Positions 1 through 64,000 of a stretch of 64,000 bases of DNA are shown piece by piece. A program made the position numbers and the translations under genes. Within the stretch, counting starts at the first letter, position 1; the number at the start of each line of letters is the position of its first letter. The stretch is from NCBI GenBank assembly GCA_964016885.1, contig OZ024744.1, positions 65,472,001 to 65,536,000 on the forward strand. Direction: 5' to 3'. The stretch comes from Eledone cirrhosa. Lineage: Eukaryota. The notes beneath the pieces were generated by a model. The model ran no database searches and had not been told where the DNA came from. It saw only the letters and a program-made list of their open reading frames with translations.

Positions 1-287
1 AGTTATGTTGGTGCCGCGCCATCCAGGCCGAAACAAATGAGATCGTGTAGGTGTCACGACAAAAAAACACACAGTCCACGCTGTAATGTGGCCGTGTAGG
101 CAACACGGTAAAAACCTCCCAGACCCACACTGTAAATGTGGTTGGTGTTAGGAAGGGCATCCAACTGTAGAAAACCTGCCAGACAGTCCTATGCGAGCAA
201 GACAATCACTCTTGCCTCAAGTGGGACTACCCCCGTCCAAACCCATGCAAGCGTGGAACACGGACGTTAAACGTTGATGATGATGAT
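1..287 (+). mobile_element. 3' UTR and (GAT)n tail of a family B-type RTE LINE, continuing off the window's left edge
   Basis: Identical by eye to 30736-31022. Confidence 0.9.
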
Positions 288-3200
288 ATGGATTGGTTTG
301 GAAAGGAAGACCAATGTCCATGGCCCTACATTATTTTATATTATTATATATGGATTGGTTTGGAAAGGAAGACCAATGTCCATGGCCCAACATTCTTTTA
401 TATTATTATATATGGATTGGTTTGGAAAGGAAGACCAATGTCCATGGCCCAACATTCTTTTATATTATTATATATGGATTGGTTTGGAAAGGAAGACCAA
501 TGTCCATGGCCCAACATTCTTTTATATTATTATATATGGATTGGTTTGGAAAGGAAGACCAATGTCCATGGCCCAACATTCTTTTATATTATTATATATG
601 GATTGGTTTGGAAAGGAAGACCAATGTCCATGGCCCAACATTCTTTTATATTATTATATATGGATTGGTTTGGAAAGGAAGACCAATGTCCATGGCCCTA
701 CATTCTTTTATACTATTATATATGGATTGGTTTGGAAGGGAAGACAAATGTCCATGGCCCTACATTCTTTTATATTATTATATATGGATTGGTCTGGAAA
801 GGAAGACCAATGTCCATGGCCCTACATTCTTTTATATTATTATATATGGATTGGTTTGGAAGGGAGAGCAATGTCCATGGCCCTACATTCTTTTATACTA
901 TTATATATGGATTGGTTTAGAAGGGAGAGCAATGTCCATGGCCCTACATTCTTTTATACTATTATATATGGATTGGTTTGGAAGGGAAGACCAATGTCCA
1001 TGGCCCTACATTCTTTTATATTATTATATATGGATTGGTTTGGAAAGGAAGACCAATGTCCATGGCCCTACATTCTTTTATATTATTATATATGGATTGG
1101 TTTGGAAAGGAAGACCAATGTCCATGGCCCTACATTCTTTTATATTATTATATATGGATTGGTTTGGAAAGGAAGACCAATGTCCATGGCCCTACATTCT
1201 TTTTTATTATAATATATGGATTGGTTTGGTAGGGAAGACCAATGTCCATGGCCCAACATTCTTTTATATTATTATATATGGATTGGTTTGGAAAGGAAGA
1301 CCAATGTCCATGGTCCTACATTCTTTTATACTATTATATATGGATTGGTTTGGAAGGGAGAGCAATGTCCATGGCCCTACATTCTTTTATACTATTATAT
1401 ATGGATTGGTTTGGAAGGGAAGACCAATGTCCATGGCCCTACATTCTTTTATACTATTATATATGGATTGGTTTGGAAGGGAAGACCAATGTCCATGGCC
1501 CTACATTCTTTTTTATTATAATATATGCATTGGTTTGGAAAGGAAGACCAATGTCCATGGCCCTACATTCTTTTATATTATAATATATGGATTGGTTTGG
1601 AAGGGAAGACCAATGTCCATGGCCCTACATTCTTTTATATTATTATATATTGATTGGTTTGGAAAGGAAGACCAATGTCCATGGCCCTACATTCTTTTTT
1701 ATTATAATATATGGATTGGTCTGGTAGGGAAGACCAATGTCCATGGCCCAACATTCTTTTGTATTATTATATATGGATTGGTTTGGAAAGGAAAACCAAT
1801 GTCCATGGCCCTACATTCTTTTATACTATTATATATGGATTGGTTTGGAAGGGAAAACAAATGTCCATGGCCCTACATTCTTTTATATTATAATATATGG
1901 ATTGGTTTGGAAAGAAGACCAATGTCCATGGCCCTACATTCTTTTATATTATTATATATGGATTGATTTGGAAAGAAGACCAATGTCCATGGCCCTACAT
2001 TCTTTTATATTATTATATATGGATTGATTTGGAAGGGAAGACCAATGTCCATGGCCCTACATTATTTTATATTATTATATATGGATTGGTTTGGAAAGAA
2101 GACCAATGTCCATGGCCCTACATTCTTTTATATTATTATATATGGATTGATTTGGAAGGGAAGACCAATGTCCATGGCCCTACATTCTTTTATATTATTA
2201 TATATGGATTGGTTTGGAAAGGAAGACCAATGTCCATGGCCCTACATTATTTTATATTATTATATATGGATTGGTTTGGAAAGGAAGACCAATGTCCATG
2301 GCCCTACATTCTTTTTTATTATAATATATGGATTGGTTTGGTAGGGAAGACCAATGTCCATGGCCCAACATTCTTTTATATTATTATATATGGATTGGTT
2401 TGGAAAGGAAGACCAATGTCCATGGCCCTACATTCTTTTATACTATTATATATGGATTGGTTTGGAAAGGAAGACCAATGTCCATGGCCCAACATTCTTT
2501 TATATTATTATATATGGATTGGTTTGGAAGGGAAGACCAATGTCCATGGCCCTACATTCTTTTATACTATTATATATGGATTGGTTTGGAAGGGAAGACA
2601 AATGTCCATGGCCCTACATTCTTTTATATTATTATATATGGATTGGTCTGGAAAGGAAGACCAATGTCCATGGCCCTACATTCTTTTATATTATTATATA
2701 TGGATTGGTTTGGAAGGGAGAGCAATGTCCATGGCCCTACATTCTTTTATACTATTATATATGGATTGGTTTAGAAGGGAGAGCAATGTCCATGGCCCTA
2801 CATTCTTTTATACTATTATATATGGATTGGTTTGGAAGGGAAGACCAATGTCCATGGCCCTACATCTTTTATATTATTATATTTGGATTGGTTTGGAAGG
2901 GAAGACCAATGTCCATGGCCCTACATTCTTTTAATTATATATGGATTGGTTTGGAAAGGAAGACCAATGTCCATGGCCCTACATTCTTTTTTATTATAAT
3001 ATATGGATTGGTTTGGAAAGGAAGACCAATGTCCATGGCCCTACATTCTTTTTTATTATTATATATGGATTGGTTTGGAAGGGAAGACCAATGTCCATGG
3101 CCCAACATTCTTTTGTATTATTATATATGGATTGGTTTGGAAAGAAAGACCAATGTCCATGGCCCTACATTCTTTTATATTATTATATATGGATTGGTTT

Positions 3201-5338
3201 CGAAAGAAGACCAATGTCCATGGCCCTACATTCTTTTATATTATTATATATGGATTGGTTTGGAAGGGAAGACCAATGTCCATGGCCCTACATTCTTTTA
3301 TATTATTATATATGGATTGGTTTGGAAAGGAAGACCAATGTCCATGGCCCTACATTCTTTTATATTATTATATATGGATTGGTTTCGAAAGAAGACCAAT
3401 GTCCATGGCCCTACATTCTTTTATATTATTATATATGGATTGGTTTGGAAGGGAAGACCAATGTCCATGGCCCTACATTCTTTTATATTATTATATATGG
3501 ATTGGTTTGGAAAGGAAGACCAATGTCCATGGCCCTACATTCTTTTATATTATTATATATGGATTGGTTTGGAAAGGAAGACCAATGTCCATGGCCCTAC
3601 ATTCTTTTTTATTATAATATATGGATTGGTTTGGTAGGGAAGACCAATGTCCATGGCCCAACATTCTTTTATATTATTATATATGGATTGGTTTGGAAAG
3701 GAAGACCAATGTCCATGGCCCTACATTCTTTTTTATTATTATATATGGATTGGTTTGGAAAGGAAGACCAATGTCCATGGCCCTACATTCTTTTTTATTA
3801 TTATATATGGATTGGTTTGGAAAGGAAGACCAATGTCCATGGTCCTACATTCTTTTATACTATTATATATGGATTGGTTTGGAAGGGAGAGCAATGTCCA
3901 TGGCCCTACATTCTTTTATACTATTATATATGGATTGGTTTGGAAGGGAAGACCAATGTCCATGGCCCTACATTCTTTTATACTATTATATATGGATTGG
4001 TTTGGAAAGGAAGACCAATGTCCATGGCCCTACATTCTTTTATACTATTATATATGGATTGGTTTGGAAAGGAAGACCAATGTCCATGGCCCTACATTCT
4101 TTTTTATTATTATATATGGATTGGTTTGGAAAGGAAGACCAATGTCCATGGCCCTACATTCTTTTTTATTATTATATATGGATTGGTTTGGAAAGGAAGA
4201 CCAATGTCCATGGCCCTACATTCTTTTTTATTATAATATATGGATTGGTTTGGAAGGGAGAGCAATGTCCATGGCCCTACATTCTTTTATACTATTATAT
4301 ATGGATTGGTTTGGAAAGGAAGACCAATGTCCATGGCCCTACATTCTTTTTTATTATAATATATGGATTGGTTTGGTAGGGAAGACCAATGTCCATGGCC
4401 CAACATTCTTTTATATTATTATATATAGATTGGTTTGGAAAGGAAGACCAATGTCCATGGCCCTACATTCTTTTATACTATTATATATGGATTGGTTTGG
4501 AAGGGAAGACAAATGTCCATGGCCCTACATTCTTTTATATTATTATATATGGATTGGTTTGGAAAGGAAGACCAATGTCCATGGCCCTACATTCTTTTAT
4601 ATTATTATATATGGATTGGTTTGGAAGGGAGAGCAATGTCCATGGCCCTACATTCTTTTATACTATTATATATGGATTGGTTTGGAAGGGAGAGCAATGT
4701 CCATGGCCCTACATTCTTTTATACTATTATATATATGGATTGGTTTGGAAGGGAAGACCAATGTCCATGGCCCTACATTCTTTTATATTATTATATATGG
4801 ATTGGTTTGGAAAGAAAGACCAATGTCCATGGCCCTACATTCTTTTATATTATTATATATGGATTGGTTTGGAAGGGAGAGCAATGTCCATGGTCCTACA
4901 TTCTTTTATATTATTATATATGGATTGGTTTGGAAAGGAAGACCAATGTCCATGGCCCTACATTCTTTTATATTATTATATATGGATTGGTTTGGAAGGG
5001 AGAGCAATGTCCATGGCCCTACATTCTTTTATATTATTATATATGGATTGGTTTGGAAAGGAAGACCAATGTCCATGGCCCTACATTCTTTTATATTATT
5101 ATATATGGATTGGTTTGGAAGGGAGAGCAATGTCCATGGCCCTACATTCTTTTATATTATTATATATGGATTGGTTTGGAAGGGAGAGCAATGTCCATGG
5201 CCCTACATTCTTTTATATTATTATATATGGATTGGTTTGGAAAGGAAGACCAATGTCCATGGCCCTACATTCTTTTATACTATTATATATGGATTGCTTT
5301 GGAAGGGAAAACCAATGTCCATGGTCCTACATTATTTT
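286..5338. repeat. 62-bp minisatellite, about 82 copies
   Basis: Unit TATATATGGATTGGTTTGGAAAGGAAGACCAATGTCCATGGCCCTACATTCTTTTATATTAT, with recurring variants. Confidence 0.98.
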
Positions 5339-5866
5339 CAGGATCTCCAAGGTTAGTGAAAGAAAAGGAGAAAGTTATAAACACACTTAAGACCTAACCT
5401 GTATGCTTACAACATAGTGAACTCTGCTAAAGGCATCCAACAAACAAGTGGTGGTGTTGTTAGACTGGCTGATGGTTTAATAATGCCCTAATCTTAATTT
5501 TTAAAATAAAACCTTTAGAAAAATCTAAGTTACCCAGAGAGAGAGTTTTGTATATATTTAAAACAAATTCCTTTATATTTTGTATTATAGAAACAAGAGC
5601 AATATGAAGTTGTTTGGTAACAAAAAGGTTTACATGGCCAATCTCTGATGGTATCAGGTTTTCAATACTACTCCTAATATCTAAGTTTTTAATATTTTAG
5701 TTTATTTGTATCACTTGGTGAAAGAAATATAAAAAGAAAAGAATAGTTACTGACAAATATTTTTTTTTAAATCCATCTTGGCCGACTGAACGTAGTTTTT
5801 TTTTTTCTCCAATTTTTCCCATTCCTTCCTCATCCTCCTTTACTCTCTATCTTGTATTTTTAACCA

Positions 5867-5902
5867 TTTTCTGATGAAGGACTAGTGTCCAAAACGTTAA
5901 AA
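5867..5902 (+). ncRNA. Degenerate minimal hammerhead-like motif, probably inactive
   Basis: UUUU-CUGAUGA-A-GGAC(UAGU)GUCC-AAAA-CG-UU/AAAA; the catalytic GAAA reads AAAA. Confidence 0.4.
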
Positions 5903-6047
5903 CTCTTCCTATTATTTCAAGCTTTAAACTAATATATTACTTTTGTAAAATGATGTTCATGATGTACTGTGCTGTTTGTTTTATTATTTTCATTATTCCT
6001 GTTTACCTTTTACATACATGTATAAATAAATATGACAGAAAAATAGG

Positions 6048-6305
6048 GCGCACGCGAGAGGCTGCACACGTGCACGCGGGGGCTGCGCTAGAGGCTGCAC
6101 ACGCGCGGGGGGGGGGGGGGGGGGCTGCGCTAGAGGCTGCACACGCGCGGGGGGGGGGGGGGCTGCGCTAGAGGCTGCGCTAGAGGCTGCACGCGCGAGG
6201 GGGCTGCCATAGAGGCTGCACACGCGCACAGGGGGGGGGGGGGCTGCGCTAGAGGCTGCACACGCGCACGGGGGGGGGGGGGGCGTGAGAGAGAGGCTGC
6301 GTGCA
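6048..6305. repeat. GC/CpG-rich tandem repeat with poly-G runs
   Basis: Unit approximately GGCTGCGCTAGAGGCTGCACACGCGC(G)n, about 6 imperfect copies. Confidence 0.9.
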
Positions 6306-6337
6306 AGAGAGAGAAATGGATATATGAACATATATAC

Positions 6338-62363
<56,026 letters not shown>

Positions 62364-64000
62364 CTAAAAATGGAAAAAAGTATAGTTCAGATTACAACAA
62401 CCACAACCAGCATGCTTTTTAAAGCCATTTTCCTTGCCATGGAAAGGTTAACTTTACAGGCCTCATGAGAAGCTTCTCCACTTTTCCCCTATCACCTACA
62501 CCTTGACACCCCCACCACCACCAAACTCATGGGCTTTCATTTCTTCCATCATTTGTTGCCATGTCGTTTTGGGTTAAAATGATATCAATATACAGTTTTA
62601 ATATTTCACACAGTAAATTTAAACTTAACATTATCATCATTTACTTTTGGTAAGTTGAGACTATCAAACTCCATTCAAAACTGTAAAAGGTAATATAAAA
62701 ATATAGCTTTTTACAATGCATTGATTTGGCAGAGTCGTTCGAGCAATGGATATTTGTTTCAGATCTGTATGTCTTTGTTCAAATACTGTCACGGTCCACT
62801 TTGCCTTTCATCCTTTCAGGACTGAAAAAGTACCAATCCAGTGTGGATGAAGTCCTCTCTTGTTCCACTGGATCAAAGGAGGGAGCGTGAAGAGGGTGTC
62901 TATGTATGTTTATGACAACATAAGTACCTGAAACCCTTGGTAGTATGTACCATGCTTTCAATAAGTCATACTTGATTGCATGTAGTGTAGCCTACATATA
63001 TAATTATAAACTATCTCCCAAAGCTCCTATTTCTTATCAAATTGTTTATAAATCATACTAATAATCCATCAAGAGAACAAAAACAAGATTTTAACCCTTT
63101 AGTGACCATATTTTAAATGAGATCATCATCATTGTTTTTATGTCAGTTTTTCCATGCTTGCATGGAATGGAAAAATGGGGGTAAAAATCAATATTAAAAG
63201 TAATAATTTGGAAAGTTTATACAATTACCAATTATTGTGATAGTACTATGAACATATTTTAAACAGTTTCACAAAATTTTCATAGGTTTTTATCAGAACC
63301 CCAAAAAGCTGTATCATAAGTAAGTTGGTACCATAAATCTACTTATGCAAGCAGCACACAAATCTAGAAACTACATACAAATTAGAAAACTTAACAATCC
63401 TACTCAACCACTATATATCCAATTGCTAAACCACAAACCCATATCACTACAACACTAATCAACAACTAATTCTAGATTGTCAACTGCTTGTAAATAGTTC
63501 CTAGACAGTTGAGGCATTCACAAACCCACCATATAACCTTTCAAATCAAAGATTAAAAAAAAAAAAAAACATATCAGCAAAGCTGGTGCTGGCATGTACT
63601 GGCTACCATAATGTGCCAATACACGATCATTTAACGTCCTTTTTTTCTATGCTGGCATTGATTGAACAAGTCATCACAGACCAAAGAAGTGCTGTCCTCC
63701 TAGACAGCTGAACATCTTCCCTATCACTAGCCACTAAGAGTGTAATGTATGCATTTTATTATGACTTCAGCAATAGCGAGTTTGTTTTTCCTCAACACAA
63801 CTGGAGTCTTCTCAGCTCTGTCATGCATGGTTTCTATAGTTGGCTACCCTTAACACCAACCGCTTTACAGACTGTACTGTGTTCATTTTATTGTGGCACT
63901 AGCACCAGGGAGGTTGGTGATTCACTCAAGTTAAGAATCAGTGATGTATGTATGAGGCAGAAAAGGTTATGGTCCCCAACCTTTTTTATACCATGGACCA

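Noticed and set aside
286-5338. CRISPR-like array (hairpin repeats at a period of about 62 bp)
   Set aside because: No unique spacers, no cas genes, eukaryotic context.
274-5397. Long overlapping ORFs (up to 569 aa) in all three + frames
   Set aside because: They result from a stop-free 62-bp unit cycling through frames. Indels and stop variants occur freely, there is no domain similarity, and they are antisense within an intron.

Overview
AT-rich eukaryotic (animal) genomic DNA. The repeat content suggests a mollusc, probably a coleoid cephalopod such as an octopus; this is inference only. The window lies inside one minus-strand gene, an MRCK/CDC42BP/genghis-khan-type AGC kinase. I traced 16 GT-AG exons (62363 to 6338, about 1969 nt) that join in one open frame, running from kinase subdomain VIII through the AGC C-tail into the coiled coil. 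The gene continues past both window edges. The introns hold a 62-bp minisatellite of about 5 kb, about 9 kb of TA-type microsatellite with a 200-N gap, and two RTE-type LINE families. One LINE copy is full length (1039-aa APE-RT ORF) and has a C4HC3 PHD-like finger inside the RT region; another is an A/B chimera. There are also TTAA-flanked piggyBac-like MITEs, tRNA-derived SINEs, and Helitron-like, CR1-like and Penelope-like remnants. The most unusual signal is two related short fold-back elements inside the TA microsatellite, one of them a palindrome of about 550 bp. They carry minimal hammerhead-ribozyme motifs and share a synonymously conserved ORF start (MTLPKYNNI), and are best read as Penelope-like or retrozyme-like units. 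Most long ORFs in the supplied track are repeat artefacts. All alignments and RNA folds were done by eye.
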